In this document: positions 49,848 through 59,801 of the stretch, piece by piece
Position numbering within the stretch: the first letter of the stretch is position 1
Layout: every line of letters begins with the position of its first letter
NCBI GenBank assembly: GCA_964649725.1
Contig: CAZYTM010000001.1
Span: 749,675-813,674, forward strand
DNA from: an uncultured Geobacteraceae bacterium
GTDB taxonomy: Bacteria > Desulfobacterota > Desulfuromonadia > Geobacterales > Geobacteraceae
DNA length: 64,000 nucleotides
Reading direction: 5' to 3'
The notes under the pieces: generated by a model
Databases searched by the model: none
Told to the model about the DNA's origin: nothing
Seen by the model: only the letters and a program-made list of their open reading frames with translations
Translations under genes and position numbers: made by a program

Positions 49848-51107
49848 ATGGAATTAAAATATGGTGATACATGCTTTACCTGTGCGCTTGCAGATAACCG
49901 TTTGGCCGGGATAATCCGCCCGCCGGCACTGGAGGTGACCGCAACTCCGGAACAGCTGGTGACAAAGGCACTGGACAATTGTACAGAATATCTGGCCAGG
50001 TTTATTGCCGGTGAACAGGTGGTGATAGTCACATCAGATATTACCCGTTACAGTGGCAGCGAGATATACCTGCCACTACTGGTGGAGCGTCTCAATCAAG
50101 CCGGTATAAAAGATAAAGATATCGAAATAATCATTGCCCTCGGTATCCATCGCCTGCAGACCGAGCATGAACAGAAAAAGATAATCGGACCACTCTATGG
50201 TCGGATCAAGGTAACTGACCACGACTGTGATGATCCAGGTAAACTGGTCTATCTTGGCAAGACGGCAGGTGGTCTGGCGGTGGAGGTAAATCGCCGGGTC
50301 ATTGAGGCGGACCGGTTGATCCTCACCGGGACTATCGGGTTTCACTACTTTGCCGGTTTCGGTGGTGGCCGCAAGTCGATCCTACCCGGGGTAGCGAGTC
50401 GGGCTGCCTGCATGGCAAGCCACTTTGCCGTTCTCAATCCGCTACCGGGGAGCGGGAAGAACCCTGCTGCCAGCACCGGTGTCCTGGCTGGCAATCCTGT
50501 CCATGCTGCTATGGATGAGGCGTGTGCCATGGTCGAGCCCGATTTTATCATCAATACGGTGCTTGCCCCTGACAAAAGGATCATGGCGGTTTTTGCCGGT
50601 GACTGGCGAGAGCAGCACTCTACCGGTTGTAAATATTATGCTGAGCACTTTTCATACCCGCTGGCTGAGCGTGCAGATCTGGTGGTTGTCTCCTGTGGAG
50701 GCTTCCCCAAGGATATCAACTTCATCCAGGCGCACAAGTCGATGGAATACGGCAGTCAGGCATTACGGGACGACGGGGTGATGATCCTGCTGGCCCAGTG
50801 TCGGGACGGTTATGGACATCCTACATTCTTCAACTGGGTCCGCTTCAAGGAGTTGTCGTCTTTTGAGAAAGAGCTCAGGGAGCATTATGAGATAAATGGC
50901 CAGACGGCTTACTCTACCCTGCAAAAAGCACAACGCTTCAAGGTGATCCTGATCTCCGACCTGCCGGCTGAAGAGGTGGTGACTATGGGGATGACTCCAG
51001 CCAGATCTCTGGATGAGGCGTTAGTGAAAGCAGAGGCGCTCTTGCCTGAAGATTACAAGGCTTACATTATCCCTGAAGGGGGCACAGTGCTGCCGGTAAT
51101 TATGTAG
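49848..51107 (+). CDS. larA: LarA-family nickel-pincer (NPN) dependent lactate racemase
   Basis: DUF2088/LarA motifs ALGIHR, FHYFAGFGGGRKSILPG and LAGNPVH; 419 aa. Confidence 0.8.
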   Translation: MELKYGDTCFTCALADNRLAGIIRPPALEVTATPEQLVTKALDNCTEYLARFIAGEQVVIVTSDITRYSGSEIYLPLLVERLNQAGIKDKDIEIIIALGIHRLQTEHEQKKIIGPLYGRIKVTDHDCDDPGKLVYLGKTAGGLAVEVNRRVIEADRLILTGTIGFHYFAGFGGGRKSILPGVASRAACMASHFAVLNPLPGSGKNPAASTGVLAGNPVHAAMDEACAMVEPDFIINTVLAPDKRIMAVFAGDWREQHSTGCKYYAEHFSYPLAERADLVVVSCGGFPKDINFIQAHKSMEYGSQALRDDGVMILLAQCRDGYGHPTFFNWVRFKELSSFEKELREHYEINGQTAYSTLQKAQRFKVILISDLPAEEVVTMGMTPARSLDEALVKAEALLPEDYKAYIIPEGGTVLPVIM

Positions 51108-51149
51108 GACGCAGCAGCACCCTATACTAGTTTAAATGAAGGAAGAGTA

Positions 51150-52538
51150 TTGAAAATGCTACAAGCACAGATAATCGATGCACTGAAAAAAATAGTCGGA
51201 TCAGAGAACGTGGCCACTGACCGGCAGGATATGATCTGTTACGGTTACGACGCTACCCAACTGGAGTTCCTCCCCGATGCAGTGGTTCACCCGGCCAATG
51301 CGGAAGAGGTGGCAGCAGTACTGCTGCTTGCTAATGCTAAACGGTTCCCGGTCTTCCCCCGTGGTGCAGGGAGCGGCTTTACTGGTGGCGCTCTGCCGCG
51401 AGGCGGCGGGGTTGTGCTAGTAACAACCCGGCTGAATCGTATCCTGCGGATCGATACAGAGAATCTGATTGCCGAGGTGGAGCCGGGTGTGGTGACGGAA
51501 CAGTTTCAGTTGGCGGTGGAGAAGCAGGGGCTTTTCTATCCACCTGACCCGGCGTCGCTAAAATTCTCAACCCTGGGGGGGAATGTGGCGGAGAATGCCG
51601 GTGGCCCGCGCTGTGTCAAGTACGGAGTAACCCGTGATTTCGTTATGGGTCTGGAGGTGGTCCTGCCGACCGGCGAAATCATCCGTACCGGCGGAGAGAC
51701 CTACAAGGGGGTGGTGGGGTACGATCTTACCCGTCTGCTCTGCGGTTCCGAGGGGACCCTTGGAGTAATAACCAAAATAATCTTCAAGCTTCTCCCGTTG
51801 CCGGATGCAAAAAAAACCATGCTGACAATTTTCGACTCCATCGACGGTGCTGCCAAGGCAGTCTCCACCATTATCGGCAACAAGATTATCCCGACTACAC
51901 TTGAATTCATGGATTACGCCACTCTACAATGTGTGGAAAAGCGCTTCAATCTTGGCATTCCGGCTGAGGGGAGGGCTGTTTTACTGATCGAAGTGGATGG
52001 GGACCGGGAGCTGATTGAAAAGCAGGCAGCCCATATCCGTTCGTTGATCGAACCGCTCGGGCTGGTAGAATTCAAGGTTGCCAAGGATGCGGCTGAGTCA
52101 GAGGCGCTCTGGAAAGTGCGCCGGCTGGTGTCTCCATCGCTACGGGACGTTAATCCGACCAAATACAACGAGGATATCGTTGTCCCGCGGAGCAAGGTGC
52201 CGGACGTTATCCGCCGGATCGAGGAGATTCAGCAGAAGTACGGGATTCCGATAGTTAACTTCGGCCATGCCGGCGACGGAAATATCCATGTCAATGTGAT
52301 GATCGACAAGGATATTCACGGGCAGGAGGAGAAGGCCCATCAGGCCATTGCCGAGATTTTTCAGGCAGCACTCGATTTGAATGGCACCATGTCTGGGGAA
52401 CATGGAGTTGGCCTGGCCAAGCAGCCATATATCCATCTGGAGTTGAAGCCTGCCCAGGTGGCGGCAATGCAGGCTATAAAAAAGGCTCTGGACCCGAATA
52501 ACATACTGAATCCAGGGAAGATGTTCCCGGTTGAATAG
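51150..52538 (+). CDS. glcD: FAD-linked oxidase, GlcD/D-lactate dehydrogenase-like
   Basis: FAD_binding_4 N-terminus (VFPRGAGSGFTGGALP), C-terminal GTMSGEHGVGLAK and LDPNNILNPGK. Alternative ATG at 51156. Confidence 0.85.
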   Translation: MKMLQAQIIDALKKIVGSENVATDRQDMICYGYDATQLEFLPDAVVHPANAEEVAAVLLLANAKRFPVFPRGAGSGFTGGALPRGGGVVLVTTRLNRILRIDTENLIAEVEPGVVTEQFQLAVEKQGLFYPPDPASLKFSTLGGNVAENAGGPRCVKYGVTRDFVMGLEVVLPTGEIIRTGGETYKGVVGYDLTRLLCGSEGTLGVITKIIFKLLPLPDAKKTMLTIFDSIDGAAKAVSTIIGNKIIPTTLEFMDYATLQCVEKRFNLGIPAEGRAVLLIEVDGDRELIEKQAAHIRSLIEPLGLVEFKVAKDAAESEALWKVRRLVSPSLRDVNPTKYNEDIVVPRSKVPDVIRRIEEIQQKYGIPIVNFGHAGDGNIHVNVMIDKDIHGQEEKAHQAIAEIFQAALDLNGTMSGEHGVGLAKQPYIHLELKPAQVAAMQAIKKALDPNNILNPGKMFPVE

Positions 52539-52704
52539 CGAAGAAGCTTTAACGAAGAGGCCGCAGAGTTTCGCTATAGAGGATCCAGCTCGAAGCCGGA
52601 AGAAACAACATCGAGGTATGGCACTGTTTTTTTAGACGGTTATCTATACCAGATTTCCTCTGCGCGTACTCTGTGTCCTCAGTGGTAGACGAAAGGTTGC
52701 AGAT

Positions 52705-53970
52705 GTGGACCCTCTGAAAAGAGTCGAACAGGAGCTGAAGAAATGCGTCAAGTGCGGCGCCTGCCGGGCGCACTGCCCTGCATTTACCGCCTTCCAGCGA
52801 GAGCCGGCAGTGGCACGCGGCAAGGTCGCGCTGACCCAGCACCTGCTGCAAAAAGATATCGAACTGGATGACCGGACCTATCTGGACATGTCCAAATGTC
52901 TTCTCTGCGGCAGTTGCGTGGAGAAGTGCCCCAACGAGGTGCCGACCGACGAGATTGTAATGGCTGCCCGGGAGGCCCTGGCTCGGCAACGGGGGCTGAC
53001 CTCATTCCACAAGGCGGTCGGCCGGGTCATCCGTAACCGCCGGATGATGAATTTCGGGGCAGCAGCAGCGGCAATTCTCGGCCCGCTCTTTTTTCGCAAG
53101 GTGCCCCAGACATCCGGGCTCAGACTCAGGTTCCCGCTCCCCTTTGTCGGTGGTAAAAGGCATATCCCGCAGTTGGCCAGAAAACCATTTCTCGATCGCC
53201 ATCCAGAGATAATCCAAGGGGAGCCTGGCAAACCGCGCATTATCTATTTTGTCGGGTGTATGACCAATTTTGTCTATACCGAGATAGGGGAGGCAGCACT
53301 GGCCCTCTTCCGCCACCTCGGCTGCACAGTGATAATCCCGAAGGAACAGCAGTGCTGCGGCCTCCCCGGCATGTCCGGTGGCGATCTGGATACCGTAAGG
53401 GAGCTGGCAGAAAAGAATCTTGCTGCCCTCGAGCGATATGAAGCCGATTATGTCATGACCGCCTGTGCCACCTGCGGTGGGGCATTGCACAAGTTCTATC
53501 CGGCGGTGATCGGGAAAAAGCACCCGGAACTGTTGGAGCGTTGCCAGGCTCTGGCGGCAAAATGCGTCGATGCCAGCCAGCTCTTGCAGAAGCTGGGCCT
53601 TCATCCCGAAGAGACCGGCGCAGGGGGTGGGATGCGGATCACCTATCATGACCCTTGTCATCTGCGTACCAGAAATATTGTCAGCCAGCCGCGCGAGTTG
53701 CTCCGATTAACACCTGGGATTGAACTGACTGAAATGGAAGGGGCAGACAAATGTTGCGGTCTTGGCGGGACCTTCAATGTATATCACTACGAAACGTCGA
53801 TGCGAATCAATGAGGCCAAGAGTATTGCCATCCGGAAGACCGGTGCTGATGCGGTAGTGACAGGTTGTCCCGGCTGTATCATGCAGATTGCCGATGGTCT
53901 GAAGCAGCACGGTTTGCAGACACGGGTCATGCACACTCTGGAGGTACTGGCACGAAAGATTAAAGATTAG
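52705..53970 (+). CDS. glcF: Fe-S oxidoreductase, GlcF-like (2x 4Fe-4S plus two CCG domains)
   Basis: CVKCGACRAHCP, CLLCGSCVEKCP, then CCG motifs (FVGCM...QQCCGLPG; HDPCHL...KCCGLGG). GTG start. Confidence 0.8.
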   Translation: MDPLKRVEQELKKCVKCGACRAHCPAFTAFQREPAVARGKVALTQHLLQKDIELDDRTYLDMSKCLLCGSCVEKCPNEVPTDEIVMAAREALARQRGLTSFHKAVGRVIRNRRMMNFGAAAAAILGPLFFRKVPQTSGLRLRFPLPFVGGKRHIPQLARKPFLDRHPEIIQGEPGKPRIIYFVGCMTNFVYTEIGEAALALFRHLGCTVIIPKEQQCCGLPGMSGGDLDTVRELAEKNLAALERYEADYVMTACATCGGALHKFYPAVIGKKHPELLERCQALAAKCVDASQLLQKLGLHPEETGAGGGMRITYHDPCHLRTRNIVSQPRELLRLTPGIELTEMEGADKCCGLGGTFNVYHYETSMRINEAKSIAIRKTGADAVVTGCPGCIMQIADGLKQHGLQTRVMHTLEVLARKIKD

Positions 53971-54209
53971 GGTCTGCATTAGAGTCGATAAAGAATATGT
54001 GACTTTTTCACTCTCTTAGTTGAGTAAAATTTATTTTCAGTGAAAAATATGCGAGGGAATTTCTACTCTGAGAAACAGTTTTATTATTGCGAAAATCAGA
54101 TTTACTCTTATCTCCCACCGGCACAACGATGACATTCATTATCCCAAACTCGCCCCTGTCGTTTTTTAAAATAAGTAAAATACATTTAAGTTAGATAAAA
54201 TATTTTTTA

Positions 54210-54238
54210 TTGACATTAGAAGTCAAATTGTTTATTAA
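54210..54238 (+). promoter_or_regulatory. Candidate sigma70 promoter (TTGACA-N17-TATTAA) overlapping a TTGAC-N7-GTCAA inverted repeat
   Basis: Lies 53 nt upstream of the XRE-cupin regulator ATG in AT-rich DNA. Confidence 0.3.
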
Positions 54239-54290
54239 TTCCAACAATAAAAACCAGTTTTATTATGTTGTTTGCGGGTGGGGTTAGTAG

Positions 54291-54854
54291 ATGACAGATT
54301 ACAATATCGGTGCAAAAATAAAAAAACTCCGCCTTGCCAAGAAAATGACCCTTCAGGCAGTTGCCCGTGAAACCGGTTTTTCGCCTGCCCTTATCTCGCA
54401 AATAGAGAACAATAATGTCTCTCCTCCAATTGCCACGCTGTCCAAAATAGCCAAGTTTTTTGATGTCAAAATCGGCATGTTCTTTAACGAGGATGACGAA
54501 GAATATCGTTACGAAGTGGTTCGCAAGAACGAACGCAAAGTTATTCCGCGGGTTATCTCCCGTTCCGGGACCAGCCAGGGTTACTCCTATGAGTCTCTCT
54601 CGTTTCGCAAACAGAACAAGAAGATGGAGCCGTTTCTCCTCACGGTGACCGAAAAAGCTGCTGAGGAGAATACCTACAGCCATGATGGCGAAGAATTTCT
54701 CTTCATTATCAGCGGGAATGCGGAGCTTCTGCTGGACGAGGAGCGAATCGCGCTGGAAGAGGGAGACTGCGTTTATTTTGATTCTTCCATGAAGCACCGG
54801 CTCCTCTCCATAGACGGGACAGAGGTAAAGGTGCTGGCAGTGGTAACCCGTTAG
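54291..54854 (+). CDS. XRE-family HTH transcriptional regulator with C-terminal cupin domain
   Basis: IGAKIKKLRLAKKMTLQAVARETGFSPALISQIENN (HTH_3), then a cupin (HDGEEFLFIISGNAELLL...GDCVYFDSSMKHR). Confidence 0.9.
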   Translation: MTDYNIGAKIKKLRLAKKMTLQAVARETGFSPALISQIENNNVSPPIATLSKIAKFFDVKIGMFFNEDDEEYRYEVVRKNERKVIPRVISRSGTSQGYSYESLSFRKQNKKMEPFLLTVTEKAAEENTYSHDGEEFLFIISGNAELLLDEERIALEEGDCVYFDSSMKHRLLSIDGTEVKVLAVVTR

Positions 54855-54916
54855 CATTTATCCCGCACTCCATACCGGCTTACCTTGTTGGTGGTGAAGT
54901 CGAAGATAATCAGGGT

Positions 54917-54945
54917 ATTACACTATTCTAGCCTGATAGTGTAAT
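54917..54945. promoter_or_regulatory. Perfect 10-bp inverted repeat ATTACACTAT-N9-ATAGTGTAAT (candidate operator or weak terminator)
   Basis: Seen directly, between the regulator stop (54854) and the carboxylase genes. The AT-rich stem is followed by gcttcttt. Confidence 0.4.
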
Positions 54946-54979
54946 GCTTCTTTAATACATTGATAGGAGGAGGGTTTGT

Positions 54980-55051
54980 ATGTGGTTGGTAGCAGTTCAC
55001 ACAAGATTTATTAATTCCACTTATCGGAAGGATGGCAAAGATGTCCAATAA
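54980..55051 (+). CDS. Possible 23-codon upstream ORF ([23 protein letters not shown]) overlapping the carboxyltransferase start
   Basis: Strong SD taGGAGGAGGg 5-9 nt upstream of the ATG. Its TAA stop lies 8 nt past the probable carboxyltransferase ATG (55041), in a different frame. Confidence 0.2.
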   Translation: MWLVAVHTRFINSTYRKDGKDVQ

Positions 55052-56765
55052 AGTGAAAAAGCCTCTTTTGAAAAATCCGTTTGACCCGCCTGAAAAGGTG
55101 GAGTTTACCATCCCGGGAGAGATTTCCAGGATTACCGGTGGTTATGAAGAGGCGATGAAAGAGGGATATGACCTTATTCAGCGCCCGATCAAGTCGGTCA
55201 GTATAGACCAGATAGAAAAGCAGCATTTCAAGAAGCGGATGACGGTCTGGGAACGGATTCGTGTCCTTACCGACAAAGAGCCTAATGTCCTTTATCAGAA
55301 CTGGGGGAAGAACCTGGATGGGGCGTCGCTGGTAACAGCCATTCTGAACATAGGTGGTCGGGATGTTGCCCTTTATGGCCATGACTTTACTGTGCGGGCC
55401 GGTTCCATTGATGCGACTAACGGCAACAAGCTTGCCCGTCTTTTCTATATGGCTGGGGAGAAGGGGATTCCGCTTATCGGTATGAACGACAGTGCAGGCG
55501 CCTTTGTCCCGGCCGGTGTGGGTGGTCTTGACGGTTATGCCGAAGCGTTCACTGCTTTGCGCAAGATCAGCGGCGTTGTCCCGTCGGTTATGTGTATGTT
55601 CGGCTTTAATGCTGGCGGTGGAAGCTATCTCCCTCGTCAGGGGAGTTTCGTCATTCAGCCTTCTGATACCTTCTTCGGTCTGACCGGACCTGGCGTGGTA
55701 AAGTCTGTTCTTGGCGAAGATATAACCCCAGAAGAACTAGGCGGGCCTAAAGTCCATGGCCAGTCGGGCGTTGCTGACCTGACTGTGGGTGATGAAGTCG
55801 CCGCGCTCAGGACAGCGGTAAGGCTCCTCTCCTATATCCCGGGCAACAACTATTCCATGGCCCCTTTTCAGGAGACCAGTGACCCGCTTGACAGGAAGAC
55901 CTGGGAGATCAATACCCTCTTGAAGAAGGCGTTCAATTCGCCGACTGGTTTTAACACCCCGTTCGATGTCTCGATCATTATCCAGCAGATTTGCGATCAT
56001 GGTGACTATTTTGAGCTGCAGCCTGAACGGGCCCGCGAGGTGGTTACCGCATTCGGCCGTCTGGGGGGGAACGTTATCGGTTTCGTAGCCAACAACAGCG
56101 CCGTTGCTTCCGGCCAGATCGACTGCGATTCAGCTGTAAAGATTGCCCGCTTCGTCCGTTTCTGCAATATCTACAATATTCCGATCATCTTTATGGAAGA
56201 CACCACCGGATTTCTCCCAGGTCGCGAACAAGAGTCCCGCGGTATTGTCCAGGCTGGTCGTACAATGCTTGATTCCATTGTTGACGTACGGACTCCGAGA
56301 ATACTGCTGATCCTGCGTAATGCATATGGCGGAGCCTACGCCTCTTTTAACAATTATCCAACCGGTGCCGACCTGGTCCTGGCATTGCCGACTACCCGCC
56401 TGGCTGTAATGGGGCCGGCCGGCAAGGAGTTCGTCTACAAGGATGAATTGCGCAAGATCCGCAGTACGATCCCGGAAATGATCAAGAAGGGGACCCAGGA
56501 GCGGATTACTGCCGGCATGAATGGTGATGAGGCAAAGAAGGACGCTGAGAAGGAGACGGCAGAATGGTTGAAGGCTCAGGAGGCTGCACTCAATCTCCGC
56601 TACGAAAAAGAGCTGATGAATCCTAAAGAGGGTCTTGCCCTTGGCTCTATCTCATCAATTGTCATGCCGACTGACCTGCGTAAGGTCCTAGGCGAGAACA
56701 TGAACTTCCTCCTCAGGCATTATCAGCCATCGTCAATGGGTGGTGTGCAGCGTGAGTTCCATTAA
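55032..56765 (+). CDS. Acyl-CoA carboxyltransferase subunit (propionyl-CoA carboxylase beta / methylmalonyl-CoA carboxyltransferase family)
   Basis: Carboxyl_trans domain: [50 protein letters not shown]. The second ATG (55041) has proper spacing to the GGAAGG SD. Confidence 0.85.
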   Translation: MAKMSNKVKKPLLKNPFDPPEKVEFTIPGEISRITGGYEEAMKEGYDLIQRPIKSVSIDQIEKQHFKKRMTVWERIRVLTDKEPNVLYQNWGKNLDGASLVTAILNIGGRDVALYGHDFTVRAGSIDATNGNKLARLFYMAGEKGIPLIGMNDSAGAFVPAGVGGLDGYAEAFTALRKISGVVPSVMCMFGFNAGGGSYLPRQGSFVIQPSDTFFGLTGPGVVKSVLGEDITPEELGGPKVHGQSGVADLTVGDEVAALRTAVRLLSYIPGNNYSMAPFQETSDPLDRKTWEINTLLKKAFNSPTGFNTPFDVSIIIQQICDHGDYFELQPERAREVVTAFGRLGGNVIGFVANNSAVASGQIDCDSAVKIARFVRFCNIYNIPIIFMEDTTGFLPGREQESRGIVQAGRTMLDSIVDVRTPRILLILRNAYGGAYASFNNYPTGADLVLALPTTRLAVMGPAGKEFVYKDELRKIRSTIPEMIKKGTQERITAGMNGDEAKKDAEKETAEWLKAQEAALNLRYEKELMNPKEGLALGSISSIVMPTDLRKVLGENMNFLLRHYQPSSMGGVQREFH

Positions 56766-56809
56766 TTCTATGAACGTCTATTTTTGACTTAGATTGGAGA
56801 TAGAGACCG

Positions 56810-59689
56810 ATGACTGATTATTATATGAACAACCCCCTGATCCACAAGGATCGCCGCTTGAGCAGCTCCTCGTCCGCGTGGGTGCGTTCTTTTTCCTGTG
56901 AAGACCTGAAACCGCTCATTGTCTGTCGTGGACCGATACGTAAGGAGGCGATGGATGTCTATGGTGAAATGGGAATAACCCATTATGGCATACTGCTCTC
57001 CGAAAAAGACTCTATTGTCTATCCTAATGCCCTGGCTCCTGAATTGCGCACCTTGACCGACTCAACCCGGGTCCACCGGGTTCCTGATTACTCAGGTGCC
57101 AGCAAGGAAGAGCGGGTCGAGCGAATCAACCAGATCATCCAGATTGCCAAGGACAATGACTACGACTCAATTTTTGCTGGCTACGGCTTTATGGCCGAAG
57201 ATGAGGAGTTCGTCTCTGCCATAGAAAAGGCCGGGCTCAAGTTCATTGGCCCCTGCGCCTATACTCAGGCAAGCGCTGGTAAAAAGGATGAGGCCAAACG
57301 TACTGCTCTTGGTGTCAAGGTAAGCGTGACCCCTGGTATTGACAATGTGACAGCACGTACCCTGCTCAAGAAACACCCCTCCCGCGAGAAACTGCTGGCT
57401 ATTGTCAAGGCAGAAGGGCTTTCCTGTGATGATAAGATCCTCAAGGACAAGAATTTGCCGCTGGAGACAGTTGCAGATCATATTCTGATGTCCTCATATG
57501 CCAAGGGGGTCGATCTATTCTCCATCGAAGAACTATCTGCACAGGTTCAGGTCGAGGTTACCGAACTGTTTCGCAAGTATCCGCAGAGCCGGTTTCGTCT
57601 GAAAGCTATCGGTGGCGGTGGCGGCAAAGGTCAACGTATACTTGGTGGTTCATTGCTTACCGTGAAGAACGCCGATGAGAAGCTTATCCAGAAAGCGGCT
57701 GCCGAAGCGCCGGCAATGGTCAGAGAAGTACTTAACGAAGTCAAGGCTACTGGAGTTGGTGACAACAAGAACCTTCTCATCGAGCTGAATATCGAGCAGA
57801 CTCGTCATAACGAGATTCAGCTTTTGGGTAATGGCGAGTGGTGCATTTCTTTGGGTGGCCGCGATTGCTCGTTGCAGATGCATGAACAGAAGTTGCTGGA
57901 AGTTTCGGTTACTCAGGAGGGGCTTGCAGTTGCCATTGAGCAGGCCAAGAAGGCTGGTAGAAAAGCAGAGGCAAAGGCGCTGGAGAGTGATCTGAATGTA
58001 TTGAAGAGAATGGAGGATGATGCTGCCAGGTTCGGCAAGGCGGTTGGACTCGATTCAGCATCTACTTTTGAGTGTATCGTTGACCGTGACCGATACTACT
58101 TTATGGAGGTGAACACCAGAATCCAGGTGGAACACCGTGTGTCGGAGCTCTGTTACAGTCTCAAATTCACCAACCCGAAAGACAAGAAGGACTTTTTCAT
58201 TGTAGAATCTCTGGTTGAGGCGATGGCCCTGCTGGCCAGGCATAAGAAGAATCTGCCTAAACCTGAGCGAATCCCTCGCTTCACAGCCTCTGTCGAGGCA
58301 CGCCTCAATGCCACCGATGCTTCATTGTCACCCCATGCAGGCGGGATGATCCGTTACTGGTCAAAACCGATCGAGGGGGAAATTCGTGATGATCAGGGGA
58401 TTTGTCTGCCTAATCCCGATACAGATATGTTCATGCGATACAAGGTAGCAGGGGCATATGATTCAAACATCGCCCTGCTTCTTACCAAAGGGAAAGACCG
58501 TTTCGACTGTTACGAGTTTATGGCCAAAGTTCTGGGGCATACCAGCCTGCGCGGTACAGATCTGGCGACCAATCTGGAGTTCCACTACGGTCTGGTCAAC
58601 TGGTTCATCGGCCAGAATGTTATGGCAAAGCCTACCACCCGTTTTGTAGTACCCTATCTGACTCTGGTCGGCACACTTAAGGAAGAATCCGGCAAGATCG
58701 ACCCGGTCTATGCATTCCTGCAGATGAAGAAACACTATGCCAAGCTGATAGCAGAGCAGTTCCCCAATGACCCTCAGATGGCCAAAACCATCTCCCAGGT
58801 GCTAGACCGGAAAGGGACCCTGGTTACCAGGCCTATGGAGAAGCTGCTTGATGATCCGCACCTGCTTTCCGGCTGGTTGAGTATCAACAAGAAGAATTTC
58901 CGTCTGGAAAAAGGGAAGGTGGTCTGGCTGAGAAATCCGCTGGTAATACTTGATGAAACTTACGAGTATCTGAATATGTCATATCGCCCCGATGTCCCAG
59001 CTGCCGAAGTGATCTGGGGGCATGATAATGACTTGCTGCAAAAGGCGCTTCGTTTTTACAACTCACTCTGTGCCAAGTTCAAACTGAATATGGATGATTA
59101 TTTTAAACTGAATGAAATGCTGCAGAAAGACAAGCCACAGGGGGGCTATGATGCCGCCATGTGGGAACAGATACAGTCAGCTCACTTCGGCTTCGAGTCT
59201 GGGGTTGAACTGCTCGGCATGCTCTTCCTGATTGCGGAACAGACCAAGTTTTGGGATTTCCGGGTCGAGGAAGATCTGGAAGTGACTATCCCTACCTACT
59301 TATCTGATCCAGATCTGCAAGTACGGATGAAAAAGATTCTGGTGCCTCCACCGGCAACCAAAGCTGATGAGGTAGTGGCAATGTGCGGTGGCATGTACTA
59401 TGCCCAGGAAGCGCCGGGATTACCTCCATTTGTTTCGGAAGGTATGCATTTTGAAAAAGGCCAGCCGCTCTACATCATTGAGGTGATGAAGATGTTCAAC
59501 ACCATCAGAGCGACATTCTCCGGCACAATAGACAAAATTCTTATTCAGGGTGGTGATGGTACTATTGTCCAGAAGGGGCAGCCCCTTTTCAAGGTCACCC
59601 CGGATGAGAAATTTGTCGAAGTTGATCCGGCGATATTAGAAAAACTGCGACGGGAGAGGACCTCTGAATATTTGAAGGCAGTTCTATAG
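56810..59689 (+). CDS. Atypical long biotin carboxylase (ATP-grasp) fused to a ~350-aa middle region and a C-terminal biotin carboxyl carrier domain
   Basis: BC motifs GYGFMAEDEEF, KAIGGGGGKGQRIL, RHNEIQLLG, RDCSLQMHEQKLLE, FMEVNTRIQVEHRVSE. Biotinyl-Lys motif IIEVMKMFN (Lys codon 59489-59491). 959 aa. Confidence 0.8.
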   Translation: MTDYYMNNPLIHKDRRLSSSSSAWVRSFSCEDLKPLIVCRGPIRKEAMDVYGEMGITHYGILLSEKDSIVYPNALAPELRTLTDSTRVHRVPDYSGASKEERVERINQIIQIAKDNDYDSIFAGYGFMAEDEEFVSAIEKAGLKFIGPCAYTQASAGKKDEAKRTALGVKVSVTPGIDNVTARTLLKKHPSREKLLAIVKAEGLSCDDKILKDKNLPLETVADHILMSSYAKGVDLFSIEELSAQVQVEVTELFRKYPQSRFRLKAIGGGGGKGQRILGGSLLTVKNADEKLIQKAAAEAPAMVREVLNEVKATGVGDNKNLLIELNIEQTRHNEIQLLGNGEWCISLGGRDCSLQMHEQKLLEVSVTQEGLAVAIEQAKKAGRKAEAKALESDLNVLKRMEDDAARFGKAVGLDSASTFECIVDRDRYYFMEVNTRIQVEHRVSELCYSLKFTNPKDKKDFFIVESLVEAMALLARHKKNLPKPERIPRFTASVEARLNATDASLSPHAGGMIRYWSKPIEGEIRDDQGICLPNPDTDMFMRYKVAGAYDSNIALLLTKGKDRFDCYEFMAKVLGHTSLRGTDLATNLEFHYGLVNWFIGQNVMAKPTTRFVVPYLTLVGTLKEESGKIDPVYAFLQMKKHYAKLIAEQFPNDPQMAKTISQVLDRKGTLVTRPMEKLLDDPHLLSGWLSINKKNFRLEKGKVVWLRNPLVILDETYEYLNMSYRPDVPAAEVIWGHDNDLLQKALRFYNSLCAKFKLNMDDYFKLNEMLQKDKPQGGYDAAMWEQIQSAHFGFESGVELLGMLFLIAEQTKFWDFRVEEDLEVTIPTYLSDPDLQVRMKKILVPPPATKADEVVAMCGGMYYAQEAPGLPPFVSEGMHFEKGQPLYIIEVMKMFNTIRATFSGTIDKILIQGGDGTIVQKGQPLFKVTPDEKFVEVDPAILEKLRRERTSEYLKAVL

Positions 59690-59718
59690 TGATTTTGTTA
59701 GCAACAGATTAATAGAAA

Positions 59719-59745
59719 AAGGCTCCACATAATATGTGGAGCCTT
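59719..59745 (-). terminator. Rho-independent terminator of the Zn-ribbon gene (may also stop the converging carboxylase transcript)
   Basis: aaggctccacat-aat-atgtggagcctt; the minus-strand transcript is followed by ttttt. Confidence 0.6.
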
Positions 59746-59801
59746 AATTGCAAAGGTTTACTCTACCACTAGAGAGAAGGCCGAATTTTGCAGATTTTTT
59801 T

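Noticed and set aside
53002-53661. 219-aa minus-strand ORF inside the glcF-like gene
   Set aside because: It is a shadow ORF in GC-rich coding DNA. The plus frame carries the Fe-S and CCG motifs.
54216-54857. 213-aa minus-strand ORF exactly covering the XRE-cupin regulator gene
   Set aside because: The plus-strand frame has clear HTH_3 and cupin signatures and an SD. The antisense translation has no motifs and an odd composition, so it is a shadow ORF.
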